In this document: positions 32,236-42,891 of the stretch, one piece after another | How positions within the stretch are numbered: position 1 is the first letter of the stretch | Layout of the letters: every line of letters begins with the position of its first letter | Assembly (NCBI GenBank): GCA_021848545.1 | Contig: JAJZUL010000014.1 | Coordinates: 1,430 to 65,429, forward strand | DNA length: 64,000 nt | Direction: 5' to 3' | Source: Pseudomonadota bacterium | GTDB lineage: Bacteria > Pseudomonadota > Alphaproteobacteria > Rhodospirillales > Magnetospirillaceae | Made by a program: the position numbers and the translations under genes | Notes under the pieces: model-generated | Database searches by the model: none | What the model was told of the DNA's origin: nothing | What the model saw: the letters and a program-made list of their open reading frames with translations, nothing else

Positions 32236-32886
32236 ATGAGCGACGACAAGGCCCAACAAGAACCATCGATGGAGGATATCCTCGCATCGATCCGCCGCAT
32301 TTTGTCGGAAGACGAGGCGGAGGAGCAGACGAAGGCCGCGCCCGCGCCTGAACCGGAACCGCCGGCCCCCGCGCCTGAACCCGAGCCTGAGGGGCCGGTC
32401 GCGTTCTCCATGCCGGATATAGCGGATGAGCCCGAACCGGCACCGGTCTCCGAGCCCGTGATGGCGGAATCGGAAGACGAGGACGTGCTGGAACTGACCG
32501 ACGACATGGTTCTCGATCAGGCGGAAGAGGCGGACAGCAAACCCGCTTTCGACATGGACGATTTCGGGGCGGAGTTCGACGACGCGCCGGCCGTGCGGGT
32601 GGCGCCGCCTTCGTCTCCGTCGCCCTCATTCGATGACGATGATGAGAGCCTGCTTTCGCCCCACGCCGCGGATCGGTCGGCATCCGCTCTGTCCGCCCTG
32701 GCGCAGGCCGTCGCCCGCGAGCGTGCCGTCGCACTGGGCAATGGCGGAATCACCCTTGAAGAACTGGTTCGCGAGATTCTGAAGCCCATTCTGAAGGATT
32801 GGCTGGATCAGAACCTTCCGTACATGATCGAGCGCATCGTCAAGAAAGAAATCGAAAAGATGGTAAATCGCGCCGAAACATATTGA
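32236..32886 (+). CDS. DUF2497 / PopZ-like acidic Pro-rich protein
   Basis: Conserved N-terminal SMEDILASIRRILSEDE, a long acidic Pro-rich middle, and a conserved C-terminal TLEELVREILKPILKDWLDQNLPYMIERIVKKEIEK. Confidence 0.7.
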   Translation: MSDDKAQQEPSMEDILASIRRILSEDEAEEQTKAAPAPEPEPPAPAPEPEPEGPVAFSMPDIADEPEPAPVSEPVMAESEDEDVLELTDDMVLDQAEEADSKPAFDMDDFGAEFDDAPAVRVAPPSSPSPSFDDDDESLLSPHAADRSASALSALAQAVARERAVALGNGGITLEELVREILKPILKDWLDQNLPYMIERIVKKEIEKMVNRAETY

Positions 32887-32970
32887 TCGGCCGGAAGACA
32901 TCTTTGGGTGATGAGAGGGGCGGCCGGAGGGCCGCCCCAATGATTTTCAGATAGCGATTGGAACGCAGGC

Positions 32971-35634
32971 ATGCTTGAGAAGACCTACCTCCCCGCAGAG
33001 GTCGAGGCGCGGCATTACGAGCAATGGGAAAAGGCCGGCGCGTTCGCGCCGAGGTCCGATTCGGACAAGGCCCCCTACACCATCATGATGCCGCCGCCCA
33101 ACGTCACGGGCAGCTTGCATATGGGGCACGCCCTGACCTTTACCCTGCAGGACGCTCTTGTTCGCTATTTCCGCATGGCCGGCCGCGACGTGCTTTGGCA
33201 ACCCGGAACCGATCACGCGGGGATCGCCACCCAGATGGTGGTGGAAAGGCAATTGGAAGCCGATGGGCGGACACGTCACGATCTTGGTCGCGACGATTTC
33301 ATTCGGCGCGTCTGGGAGTGGAAGGCGGAATCGGGTGGGACCATTACCCGCCAGTTGCGGCGTCTGGGCGCGTCGCCGGATTGGACTCGCGAACGCTTCA
33401 CCATGGATTCCGGCCTGTCGGACGCGGTGCGGACCGTGTTCGTCACTTTGTACAAACAGGGGTTGATCTATCGGGACAAGCGGCTGGTCAATTGGGATCC
33501 CAAGCTGCATACCGCCATTTCCGACCTCGAAGTCGAGCAGCGCGAAGTGCAGGGTCATATGTGGCATCTGCGCTATCCGATCGATGGCGCGGACGGAGAG
33601 TTCATTATCGTCGCCACCACCCGTCCCGAAACCATGCTGGGTGATGCCGCCGTGGCCGTTCACCCCGAGGACGAGCGCTATCGCCATCTGGTCGGGCGCA
33701 ACGTGCGCCTGCCCATCGTCGACCGCCTGATTCCCATTGTCGCCGACGAGTATTCCGATCCGACCAAGGGCAGCGGCGCGGTCAAGATCACCCCGGCCCA
33801 TGATTTCAACGATTTCGCCGTGGGACAGCGCCACGATCTGCCGTTGATCAACATCTTCGATCGCGATGCCCGGGTGATCGAGGATGCGCCGGACGCCTAT
33901 CGCGGTCTGGATCGCTACGACGCCCGGCGCAAGGTGGTGGAAACCTTCGAGGCGCTGGGGCTGCTGGAGCGGATCGAACCCCATCTCCACATGGTCCCCT
34001 ATGGCGACCGGTCGGGGGTGGTGATCGAGCCGTGGTTGACCGATCAATGGTTCGTCGATGCCGCGACCTTGGCCAAGCCGGCGGTGGCCGCGGTGGAATC
34101 GGGCCGGACCCGCTTCGTGCCCAAACAATGGGAAAACACCTATTACGAATGGATGCGTAACATTCAGCCCTGGTGCGTTTCGCGGCAGATCTGGTGGGGG
34201 CATCAGGTGCCGGCCTGGTATGGTCCCGATGGCACCATTTTCGTGGAATTGACCGAAGAGGCCGCTTTGGCCGCGGCGCGGACCCATTACGGCGCGGATA
34301 CGGTTCTGACCCGTGACGGGGATGTCCTCGATACTTGGTTTTCATCAGCCTTGTGGCCGTTCTCTACCCTGGGTTGGCCGGACAAGACCCCCGAACTTGA
34401 CCGCTACTATCCGACGGATGTGCTGGTCACCGGCTTCGACATCATCTTTTTCTGGGTCGCCCGGATGATGATGATGGGGCTCCATTTCATGGGGGACGTG
34501 CCGTTCCGCGATATCTACATCCATGCCCTGGTCCGTGACGAGCGCGGCCAGAAAATGTCGAAATCGAAGGGGAATATCGTCGATCCCCTGGATATGATCG
34601 ACCGCTATGGCTGCGACGCCCTGAGATTCACATTGGCGGCGCTGGCGGCGCCGGGACGGGATGTGAAGCTGGCGGAAAGCCGGGTCGAGGGGTATCGCAA
34701 TTTCGCTACCAAGCTGTGGAATGCAGCGCGGTTCTGCCAAATGAACGGGTGTCGGCCGGTCGCCGGCTTCGACCCCGGCGCCGTTCGCCAAACGGTCAAT
34801 CGCTGGATCGTCGCCAAGGCGGCGGCGACCGCGGCCGGAATGGCCGAAGCGTTGGAGGCGTACCGGTTCGACAGCGCCGCGAGCATAGCCTATCACTTCG
34901 TCTGGGGCAGTTTCTGCGACTGGTATTTGGAATTCGCCAAGCCGATTTTTCAGGGCAGCGATAGCCAGGCCGGCGACGAAACCCGGGCCACCGCCGCCTG
35001 GGTTCTCGATGTCATTTTGCATCTGTTGCACCCCCTCATGCCCTTCATCACCGAAGAGCTATGGGAGAAGATGGGCGATGGGCGGGAATTTCTGATGTTG
35101 CGTCCATGGCCACGGCTGGACGGGCTCGACGATCCCGGCGCTCAGGAGGAAATGGATTGGGTGGTCCGGGTGATCACCGCGATCCGGGGCGTGCGTTCGG
35201 AAATGAATGTGCCGCCGGCGGCGCAAATCGACGCGCTTGTCAGTGGTCTCGGGACCCAGAAGCGAGAGTGGGCCGATCTTCATGGCGACATCATTCGTCG
35301 TCTGGCCCGGCTGTCCTCGTTTCAGGTGGAAGCGGGAGCCGAGGCCATCGCCGGGGCCTTTTCACACGACGCCGCCCAGATCGTCGTCGATGAGGCGACC
35401 TTCGTTCTGCCTCTGGCCGGCGTGATCGATGTGGATCAGGAGCGGGCGCGTCTGACCAAGGAGATCTCCCGCCTGGAAAGCGATATGGCCAAGGTGGATC
35501 GCAAGCTCGCCAATGCCGATTTCATTGCCAAGGCGCCGCCCGAGGTGGTCGAGGAGCAGCGGACGCGCCGTGACGATTGGGCGGCGACGCGTGACAAGCT
35601 TACCGACGCCCTGGCCCGACTGGCCGGAGCCTGA
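32971..35634 (+). CDS. valS: valine--tRNA ligase
   Basis: PPPNVTGSLHMGHA (HIGH), KMSKSKGN (KMSKS), and a C-terminal coiled coil. 887 aa. Confidence 0.97.
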   Translation: MLEKTYLPAEVEARHYEQWEKAGAFAPRSDSDKAPYTIMMPPPNVTGSLHMGHALTFTLQDALVRYFRMAGRDVLWQPGTDHAGIATQMVVERQLEADGRTRHDLGRDDFIRRVWEWKAESGGTITRQLRRLGASPDWTRERFTMDSGLSDAVRTVFVTLYKQGLIYRDKRLVNWDPKLHTAISDLEVEQREVQGHMWHLRYPIDGADGEFIIVATTRPETMLGDAAVAVHPEDERYRHLVGRNVRLPIVDRLIPIVADEYSDPTKGSGAVKITPAHDFNDFAVGQRHDLPLINIFDRDARVIEDAPDAYRGLDRYDARRKVVETFEALGLLERIEPHLHMVPYGDRSGVVIEPWLTDQWFVDAATLAKPAVAAVESGRTRFVPKQWENTYYEWMRNIQPWCVSRQIWWGHQVPAWYGPDGTIFVELTEEAALAAARTHYGADTVLTRDGDVLDTWFSSALWPFSTLGWPDKTPELDRYYPTDVLVTGFDIIFFWVARMMMMGLHFMGDVPFRDIYIHALVRDERGQKMSKSKGNIVDPLDMIDRYGCDALRFTLAALAAPGRDVKLAESRVEGYRNFATKLWNAARFCQMNGCRPVAGFDPGAVRQTVNRWIVAKAAATAAGMAEALEAYRFDSAASIAYHFVWGSFCDWYLEFAKPIFQGSDSQAGDETRATAAWVLDVILHLLHPLMPFITEELWEKMGDGREFLMLRPWPRLDGLDDPGAQEEMDWVVRVITAIRGVRSEMNVPPAAQIDALVSGLGTQKREWADLHGDIIRRLARLSSFQVEAGAEAIAGAFSHDAAQIVVDEATFVLPLAGVIDVDQERARLTKEISRLESDMAKVDRKLANADFIAKAPPEVVEEQRTRRDDWAATRDKLTDALARLAGA

Positions 35635-35678
35635 GGCCTCCATGCCTGAATCGTTATTGAATCGGAGCCATCAGCAGA

Positions 35679-36104
35679 TCAGGCGAGACGCATCAGAAAT
35701 GGCCGATAGGGGCGATCCGCTTCCCGAATATGGTGAAGCAGGCGATCGGTGAAATAGTCGATGGTCCGAGCCAAGAGGGAGTCGCGGCCGCCCATGGTCG
35801 GTGCCGCGCTCTGCCAATCCGCCTGAAGGGTCTCGGCCTGGGCCAGCAGGCGGTGGTGATGAGCCTTGTGCGCGGCGAATCTCGGGTAATTATGCCGATC
35901 CAGCATGTTTTCTTCGCTGGCGAAGTGGTCGCGGACGGCCGACACCACATCCTTGAAGTGAGTGCCGAGATGGAGGCCATCGGTGTCGGACAGGGCGGAC
36001 GCGATGAAATCGTTGAACAATTCTACAAGTCCAAGATGTTCTGCATCGAGAAGTGGAACGCCAACCTTGAGATCGTTCGACCAGTCGACCCGCGTCAACA
36101 TCAT
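35679..36104 (-). CDS. bacteriohemerythrin (single-domain)
   Basis: 141 aa with W..DLKVGVPLLDAEH, HFASEE, HKAHH and LLHHIREAD iron-ligand pattern. Confidence 0.85.
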   Translation of the reverse strand: MMLTRVDWSNDLKVGVPLLDAEHLGLVELFNDFIASALSDTDGLHLGTHFKDVVSAVRDHFASEENMLDRHNYPRFAAHKAHHHRLLAQAETLQADWQSAAPTMGGRDSLLARTIDYFTDRLLHHIREADRPYRPFLMRLA

Positions 36105-36253
36105 CTATCCTCCGTGGTTTATAAAAGCTCCATATTTTGTGCCGGTTGCCCCAGCTATTGAGTCCGGAACGCTATGCGAGGTGATGTATATGATGCAAAT
36201 GAAAAATGACGATTATCCAATAAGTGGGGGTTTTATCGTCATATGGTTGAAAT

Positions 36254-36919
36254 TCAAGGTTGTGTCGCCATCCCCAAAGTATTCAACAGGCCGGCGAGAG
36301 CGGAATGGAACATGGATTCTGTAAGACGGCCGGTGTTGGTGTTGTAGCGCGAGCAGTGATAGCTGTCGGCCAGGATCAATCGGTCGGTTGGGTGATGAAG
36401 GGCGCCATGGGCGAAGGGGAAGGCCGATTTTTTGACATTCAGGGCGGTCAAAGCGGCCTCGTGAGCCGCCCGCCCGATGGCGAACAGGGCCGCAAGATTG
36501 GGCATCGCCGCCATTTCCCGGGCGAGATAAGGACGGCAGGCGCTGAATTCCGCCGGTAGCGGCTTGTTTTCCGGGGGCACACAGCGGGCGGCATTGGTGA
36601 TGCGCACATGTCGCAGAATCAGCCCGTCATCCGGGCGCGCGTCATAGCGCCCTTCGCTCAGACCCAACGCCGCCAAAGTCGAATAAAGAAGGTCGCCGGC
36701 GTAATCGCCGGTGAAAGGCCGCCCGGTCCGGTTGGCGCCCCGCAGGCCCGGCGCCAGGCCGATGACCAGGATGGGGGCGTCGAGCGGCCCGAAGGATGGA
36801 ACCGGGCCGTTATGCCAGTCGGGATGGGCCTGCCGATTGGCGGCGCGAAAGGCGGTCAGCCGTGGACACAGCCGGCAATCGGGAGACGGTTCCAGATCGG
36901 GGTGCGAAACAGCGGACAT
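36254..36919 (-). CDS. uracil-DNA glycosylase superfamily protein (family 4/5, UdgB-like, Fe-S type)
   Basis: CRLCPRL Cys cluster, IGLAPGLRGANRTGRPFTGD motif, HCSRYNTNTG. Start at ATG 36919. The longer ORF-track start would overlap the NYN gene. Confidence 0.8.
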   Translation of the reverse strand: MSAVSHPDLEPSPDCRLCPRLTAFRAANRQAHPDWHNGPVPSFGPLDAPILVIGLAPGLRGANRTGRPFTGDYAGDLLYSTLAALGLSEGRYDARPDDGLILRHVRITNAARCVPPENKPLPAEFSACRPYLAREMAAMPNLAALFAIGRAAHEAALTALNVKKSAFPFAHGALHHPTDRLILADSYHCSRYNTNTGRLTESMFHSALAGLLNTLGMATQP

Positions 36920-36935
36920 CGTCGGCTGGACGGGA

Positions 36936-37514
36936 TCACAATTCGTCGCGATCGGACATGTGATTGTTGTAGGTTTCGCGGTGAATGGAGGAGCGGGCGA
37001 TCTTGGGACCGAGATCCTGGAGTTCGATGAAGATGTCGGCCTGTCGCCGCAATTCGTCGGCGACCATGGGCGGCTGAGAACGCACCGTGCTGACCACCGA
37101 TACCCGGACCCCCTTGCGCTGCACCGCTTCGACCAGGCGCCGGAAATCGCCGTCCCCGGAAAACAGCACCACATGATCAAGGTGCTGGGCCATTTCCATG
37201 ACGTCGATGGCCAGCTCGATATCCATGTTGCCCTTGATTTTCCGCCGCCCCATGGCGTCGGTGAACTCTTTTGTGGGCTTGGTGACCATCGTGTAGCCAT
37301 TATAATCCAGCCAATCGACCAAAGGCCGGATCGGGCTGTATTCCTGATCTTCGATCAATGCCGTATAATAAAATGCCCGAATAAGACGCCCGTTTTCAGC
37401 AAAATGGTCGAGCAATTTCTTGTAATCAATATCAAATCCTAGGGAGCGGGCTGCTGCGTAAAGATTTGATCCATCAATGAAAAGACCGATGCGTTCCGCA
37501 GGGTAAAAATACAT
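36936..37514 (-). CDS. NYN domain (LabA/DUF88-like) protein
   Basis: IGLFIDGSNLY..., GNMDIELAIDVM, VVLFSGDGDF acidic catalytic-site pattern of NYN/PIN-like nucleases. Confidence 0.85.
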   Translation of the reverse strand: MYFYPAERIGLFIDGSNLYAAARSLGFDIDYKKLLDHFAENGRLIRAFYYTALIEDQEYSPIRPLVDWLDYNGYTMVTKPTKEFTDAMGRRKIKGNMDIELAIDVMEMAQHLDHVVLFSGDGDFRRLVEAVQRKGVRVSVVSTVRSQPPMVADELRRQADIFIELQDLGPKIARSSIHRETYNNHMSDRDEL

Positions 37515-37878
37515 GGGCTGAATCTCTGTGTGTTTGTCATGACGATGAAAAATCCCCGTTTATGGCAGATTGGGAAACTTGTCGCGCCGAGTGAATTCGG
37601 GGTGGGTACGGGGGCATCGTTGGCTGGGCATAAGGTATTCGCGTCGTGCCCCTGCCGCAAGGAAAAGCCGCGACATTTTGTGCGCATTTCGGCGGGTCTT
37701 TCCGCCGAGTCGCGCGATCGCAACCGGGGTATGCTTGCTTTCGCGGCGCCGGACCAATATATACCTCATACGGTGGACGGTGCGGTGCATGCCGGTTTCC
37801 GATGATTGGATGTGACGGCGATGGCCTGATCGGTGGCGGAGCCGCCGGTCGGGCGTCCCATGAGTGCGAGAGGTGACG

Positions 37879-38277
37879 ATGGCGCGGGTTACGGTTGAAG
37901 ATTGTATTCTTCGTGTTCCCAACCGCTTTGAATTGGTGCTGATCGCGGCACAGAGGGCGCGGGATGTCTCGTCCGGCGTTCCGTTGACGCTTGATCGCGA
38001 CAACGACAAAAATCCGGTGGTGGCGCTGCGCGAGATCGCCGAGGACACGGTGTCGTTGGACGTTCTCCAGAACGCCTTGGTGCAGGGTCTTCAGAAGCAC
38101 GTCGAGATGGACGAGCCGGAAGAGGACGAAATGGAGGCGTTCATGCCCGAACGCGATATCGCGTTCGATTCCATCGCCGGCAGCGAAGAGGCGATCGGCG
38201 AAGGCATGACCGTGACGGAAGACGGCGTCGATTTCGACAATGAAGGCGGCGATCTTATGAATGACGGTGAGGAATAA
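37879..38277 (+). CDS. rpoZ: DNA-directed RNA polymerase subunit omega
   Basis: [29 protein letters not shown] is the canonical RpoZ N-terminus, followed by an acidic C-tail. Confidence 0.95.
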   Translation: MARVTVEDCILRVPNRFELVLIAAQRARDVSSGVPLTLDRDNDKNPVVALREIAEDTVSLDVLQNALVQGLQKHVEMDEPEEDEMEAFMPERDIAFDSIAGSEEAIGEGMTVTEDGVDFDNEGGDLMNDGEE

Positions 38278-38417
38278 GGGCGGATTTCGTCCTTATACCG
38301 CCGGCGCTCGTCGGGCCGCGCGCCCGATGTTCATCCGCGTAGCGTCTTTCGCTTCGACCCGTTTCGTATCGCCTTGGCCCAGGCGTGGATAGCCGGGCAG
38401 GGGAGGGCGCCTGGACC

Positions 38418-40583
38418 ATGATGCGGCAGTTCGAACTGGTCGAACGGGTCAAAGCCTACGATCCCGGGGCCGATGAGGCCGCCATCAACCGCGCCTATGT
38501 CTTCGCCATGAAGATGCATGGTTCGCAAAAGCGGGCCTCCGGCGATCCTTATTTTTCCCATCCCATAGAAGTCGCCGGTCTGTTGACCAAGTACCGGCTG
38601 GACAGCGCGTCGATCATCACCGCGCTTCTGCACGACACCATCGAAGACACGCCCGCCACCCAGGAGGACATCGATCGCCTGTTCGGGACCGAGATCGGCC
38701 GTTTGGTGGACGGGGTGACCAAGCTCAGCCGCATCGAGATGCAATCGGACCACGCCAAGCAGGCGGAAAACCTGCGCAAGCTGGTCCTGGCCTTGAGTGA
38801 GGATATTCGGGTTCTGTTGGTCAAGCTGGCGGACCGGGTTCACAACATGCGGACCCTGCATTACATCCAAAGTGCCGACAAACGGCGGCGTATCGCCATG
38901 GAAACCATGGATATCTACGCGCCGCTGGCGGAACGCATCGGCATGCAGGAGATCAAGGCGGAACTGGAGGATCTGGCTTTCGGCGAGTTGCACGCCGAAG
39001 CGCGCGCCTCGATCATCGCCCGTCTCGATTTTTTGCGTGAACAAGGGGGCGATCTGATCGGTCGCATCACGGACGAGTTGAACCGGACTCTGGCCGATGC
39101 GGGGATTGCGGCAACTTTGTCGGGGCGGGAAAAAACGCCCTTCAGCATCTGGCTCAAGATGCGCAAGAAGAATGTCGGATTTGAGCAATTATCCGACATC
39201 ATGGCGTTTCGGGTCGTTGTGGATTCGGTCGAGGATTGCTATCGCGCCCTGGGGACCATCCATTCGAAATATCCGATGGTTCCCGACCGGTTCAAGGATT
39301 ACATCTCGACGCCCAAGCCCAACGGCTATCGCAGCCTTCATACCGGCGTGTTCGGTCCCGAGCGCCATCGCATCGAAGTGCAGATCCGCAGCCGGGAAAT
39401 GCATGAGGTGGCGGAACTGGGCGTCGCCGCGCACTGGCATTATAAAACCGACGGCGGTGCGGTCGCGCTTTCCACCGACGGGCGGCAATATCGTTGGGTG
39501 CGGGAACTGCTCGACATCCTGGAGCATGCTTCCAACCCTGAGGAGTTTCTGGAACATACCAAGCTGGAGATGTTCCAGGACCAGGTTTTCTGCTTCACGC
39601 CCAAAGGCGATCTGATCGCCTTGCCGCGGGGCGCGACGCCGGTCGATTTCGCCTATGCGGTCCACTCGGTGGTTGGCGATACCTGCGTCGGTGCCAAGAT
39701 CAACGGCCGCATCATGCCGCTGCGCAGTCGGCTGGGGAATGGCGATCAGGTCGAAATCATCACCTCCAAGGCGCAGACGCCCAGCCCGACCTGGGAGCGG
39801 TTCGTCGTCACCGGCAAGGCCCGGGCGCGCATACGGCGTTTCATCCGAACCCAGCAACGCGCCCAATATGTGGATTTGGGGCGCGCCATCCTGACCCGCG
39901 CCTTTCGGGCGGAAGGGTATGATTTCACCGACAAGGCGCTGGACGGCGTTCTGAAGATTTTCAAGGCGGCGTCATCCGACGACCTGACGGCCATGGTGGG
40001 CGAGGGGACCCTGACCGCGCGCGAAGTGGTGGTCACGGTCTATCCCGAACTCAAGGCCCAACAGCGCGCCGCCGACAATATCGTACCGATCGGCCGCAAA
40101 TCCCGGCCGGCATCGGAGCGTCGTGAGCATTCGAGTAACGCCGTCCCCATACGCGGCCTGATCCCCGGTATGGCCATGCATTATGCCGGGTGCTGCCATC
40201 CGCTTCCGGGCGACCGGATCGTCGGGATCGTCACTACCGGTCGGGGCGTCACCATTCACACCATCGATTGCGAAAATCTCGAAAAATATGCCGATACGCC
40301 CGAACGCTGGCTCGACGTGTCGTGGGATGAGAGCGAAGGAAACGCCCATACCGGCCGTATCGACCTGGTGGTGGCCAACGAGCCGGGGACTTTGGGGTCG
40401 GTGACCACGGTGATCGCCAAAAACATGGGCAACATCACCAATCTCAAGATCACCAACCGGACGGTCGAATTTTTCGAGCTGATCATCGATATCGAGGTGC
40501 GGGACGTGAAGCACCTTACTAATATCATCGCGGCGTTACGCGCGACGCCGGCGATCAACTCGGTGGAAAGGGCTAGGAACTGA
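38418..40583 (+). CDS. spoT: bifunctional (p)ppGpp synthetase/hydrolase (RelA/SpoT homolog)
   Basis: HD domain ([16 protein letters not shown]), synthetase domain ([18 protein letters not shown]...YRSLHT), TGS and ACT domains. Confidence 0.95.
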   Translation: MMRQFELVERVKAYDPGADEAAINRAYVFAMKMHGSQKRASGDPYFSHPIEVAGLLTKYRLDSASIITALLHDTIEDTPATQEDIDRLFGTEIGRLVDGVTKLSRIEMQSDHAKQAENLRKLVLALSEDIRVLLVKLADRVHNMRTLHYIQSADKRRRIAMETMDIYAPLAERIGMQEIKAELEDLAFGELHAEARASIIARLDFLREQGGDLIGRITDELNRTLADAGIAATLSGREKTPFSIWLKMRKKNVGFEQLSDIMAFRVVVDSVEDCYRALGTIHSKYPMVPDRFKDYISTPKPNGYRSLHTGVFGPERHRIEVQIRSREMHEVAELGVAAHWHYKTDGGAVALSTDGRQYRWVRELLDILEHASNPEEFLEHTKLEMFQDQVFCFTPKGDLIALPRGATPVDFAYAVHSVVGDTCVGAKINGRIMPLRSRLGNGDQVEIITSKAQTPSPTWERFVVTGKARARIRRFIRTQQRAQYVDLGRAILTRAFRAEGYDFTDKALDGVLKIFKAASSDDLTAMVGEGTLTAREVVVTVYPELKAQQRAADNIVPIGRKSRPASERREHSSNAVPIRGLIPGMAMHYAGCCHPLPGDRIVGIVTTGRGVTIHTIDCENLEKYADTPERWLDVSWDESEGNAHTGRIDLVVANEPGTLGSVTTVIAKNMGNITNLKITNRTVEFFELIIDIEVRDVKHLTNIIAALRATPAINSVERARN

Positions 40584-40587
40584 GCTT

Positions 40588-41328
40588 ATGACCACGACGC
40601 TCCGCCTTGGCGTGAACATCGACCACGTCGCCACCATCCGCAATGCCCGTGGCGGGACCGACCCCGATCCGGTCCGGGCCGCCCGCCTTGCCGCCGCCGC
40701 CGGGGCCGACGGCATTACCGCTCATTTGCGGGAGGATCGCCGTCATATTTCCGACCGTGACATCGATCGGCTGTCGGCTGAGATCCCCCTGCCTCTCAAT
40801 CTCGAGATGGCGGCGACAGCGGAGATGACGGCGATCGCCTTGCGCCACCGCCCCCATGCCGCCTGTATCGTTCCCGAGCGCCGCGAGGAGCGGACCACCG
40901 AAGGTGGACTGGACGCCGTTGCCCAGCGCGCCCATCTGACCCCCCTGGTCGGGCAATTGTCCGATGCGGGCGTGCGGGTGTCGCTGTTCGTCGAGCCGGA
41001 TGCCCGTCAACTCGACGCCGCCAAAGCCCTGGGGGCGCCGGTGGTCGAATTGCATACCGGCGCCTATTGCGACGCCGTGGGAGAGCGGCGCGCGCGTGAA
41101 TTGGCCCGCCTTGTCGCCGCGGCCCGTCATGCCGCGGCGATCGGTCTGGAGTGCCATGCCGGCCATGGCCTTACTTATGATACGGTCGGTCCGGTTGCCG
41201 CCATCCCCACCATTGCCGAACTCAATATCGGCCATTTTCTGGTGGGGGAGGCGATTTTCGTCGGTCTTGAGGCGTCCATTCACCGGATGCGCGCCTTGAT
41301 GAGCGAGGCTCGGTTGGCGGCGCTGTAA
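40588..41328 (+). CDS. pdxJ: pyridoxine 5'-phosphate synthase
   Basis: [36 protein letters not shown] motifs. Confidence 0.95.
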   Translation: MTTTLRLGVNIDHVATIRNARGGTDPDPVRAARLAAAAGADGITAHLREDRRHISDRDIDRLSAEIPLPLNLEMAATAEMTAIALRHRPHAACIVPERREERTTEGGLDAVAQRAHLTPLVGQLSDAGVRVSLFVEPDARQLDAAKALGAPVVELHTGAYCDAVGERRARELARLVAAARHAAAIGLECHAGHGLTYDTVGPVAAIPTIAELNIGHFLVGEAIFVGLEASIHRMRALMSEARLAAL

Positions 41329-41456
41329 TCCCGGATATGGCGGGCTGTCGGCCTTGACAGCCCCGTCTCCCGAGGGCTTAGATCACGCACGGTCGGGATT
41401 TCCGTTGATGTCCCGTGCAGTCAAGGCGCAGATTAAAAATATTGAAAGAAAGATGG

Positions 41457-42200
41457 ATGGCGCGGGGGTATTCTGACGGAAAACGTGAAACCGCAAAAAC
41501 AATAATTTACGCAATATTAATCGCTGTGTTTGTGAGAACATTTTTATATGAGCCGTTTAACATACCATCTGGCTCGATGATGCCAACTCTTCTCGTTGGC
41601 GATTATCTTTTTGTGTCAAAATTTTCATATGGATATTCAAAATATTCCCTGCCATTTAGTGCCGGGTTGCCCGATGGGCGGATCTTCTGGCATCCCCCCA
41701 GACGCGGTGACGTTGTGGTCTTCAAGAAACCGCCTCAAAATCGCATCGATTATATCAAGCGCGTTGTCGGTTTGCCCGGTGATCGCATCCAGGTGATCCA
41801 TGGTATCCTCTACATCAACGGCAAGCCGGTGAAACGGCGGCGAATTGCCGATTTCGTAGGGCATGATGCCAGAGGCGATATCATTCGCGAGCCGCAATAT
41901 ATCGAAACACTTCCGAATGGCGTTAAGAACAAAATACTTGGATATTATGGTGATGACGGGCCTGAGGATAATACGCAGGTTTATGTTGTTCCGCCCGGAC
42001 ATTATTTCATGATGGGTGACAATAGAGACAATTCTGAGGATTCCAGATATCTTAATGTTGTTGGATACGTTCCTGCGGAAAATCTGATCGGAAAGGCGGA
42101 CGTGATTTTCTTTTCAACGAACGGAACCGCATCTTTGTGGGAACCGTGGAAGTGGCCGTGGGCCATACGTTATGACCGGCTGTTCGAACGGATCGAGTAA
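41457..42200 (+). CDS. lepB: signal peptidase I
   Basis: IPSGSMMPTLLVGDYLFVSK (Ser box), IKRVVGLPGD (Lys box), FMMGDNRDNSEDSR. Markedly lower GC than its neighbours. Confidence 0.9.
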   Translation: MARGYSDGKRETAKTIIYAILIAVFVRTFLYEPFNIPSGSMMPTLLVGDYLFVSKFSYGYSKYSLPFSAGLPDGRIFWHPPRRGDVVVFKKPPQNRIDYIKRVVGLPGDRIQVIHGILYINGKPVKRRRIADFVGHDARGDIIREPQYIETLPNGVKNKILGYYGDDGPEDNTQVYVVPPGHYFMMGDNRDNSEDSRYLNVVGYVPAENLIGKADVIFFSTNGTASLWEPWKWPWAIRYDRLFERIE

Positions 42201-42204
42201 GTCG

Positions 42205-42891
42205 ATGCAAGCTGGGATCGCCGAATTGAAAGCGCGGCTGGGCCATGATTTCGCCCAGCCGGACCTTTTGACCCAAGCCTTGACCCACCCGTCCGTTTCT
42301 CAGCGCCGGGTGACGCGTCGGGTGACGCCTTATGAACGTCTTGAATTTCTTGGCGACCGGGTTTTGGGACTGGTGGTGGCCGAAATGGTGTTCATCTCCT
42401 TCCCCGATGAGGCCGAAGGCGCCTTGGCCCGGCGCCACGCCGCCTTGGTGCGGCGCGAAACGCTGGCGCGGGTGGCGACTTCCATCGGCCTGGGGCCGGC
42501 CATCGCCCTGTCGAAAGGCGAAGAGGAGGCCGGTGGACGCGCCAATCCGGCCCTTCTGGCCGATGCTTGCGAGGCCGTGATCGGAGCGTTGTTCGCCGAC
42601 GGGGGATTCGATGTGGCGGCATCTTTTGTGCGCCGATATTGGCGCCCCTTGATGGAAGAGGCGGCGGCGCCGCCCAAGGACGCCAAGACGGCCTTGCAGG
42701 AATGGGCGCAAGGGTTGGGGAAACCCTTGCCCGTCTACACCACGTTGGGGGTGGAGGGACCGCCCCATGATCCCGTATTCAAGGTTTCCGTTTCGGTCGC
42801 TGAACATGAAGCCGCCATCGCCGATGGCCCGTCGAAGCGGGCGGCGGAGCAAACCGCGGCGGCATTGCTGTTGGAGAAGGTGACAAAGTGA
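42205..42891 (+). CDS. rnc: ribonuclease III
   Basis: ALTHPS, ERLEFLGDRVLG signature, and a C-terminal dsRBD (GPPHDPVFKV...KRAAEQTAA). Confidence 0.93.
   Translation: MQAGIAELKARLGHDFAQPDLLTQALTHPSVSQRRVTRRVTPYERLEFLGDRVLGLVVAEMVFISFPDEAEGALARRHAALVRRETLARVATSIGLGPAIALSKGEEEAGGRANPALLADACEAVIGALFADGGFDVAASFVRRYWRPLMEEAAAPPKDAKTALQEWAQGLGKPLPVYTTLGVEGPPHDPVFKVSVSVAEHEAAIADGPSKRAAEQTAAALLLEKVTK

Noticed and set aside
36920-37300. Longer UDG ORF start (track 36254..37300)
   Set aside because: It would overlap the well-supported NYN gene by about 365 nt in another frame. UDG-family homology begins near ATG 36919.
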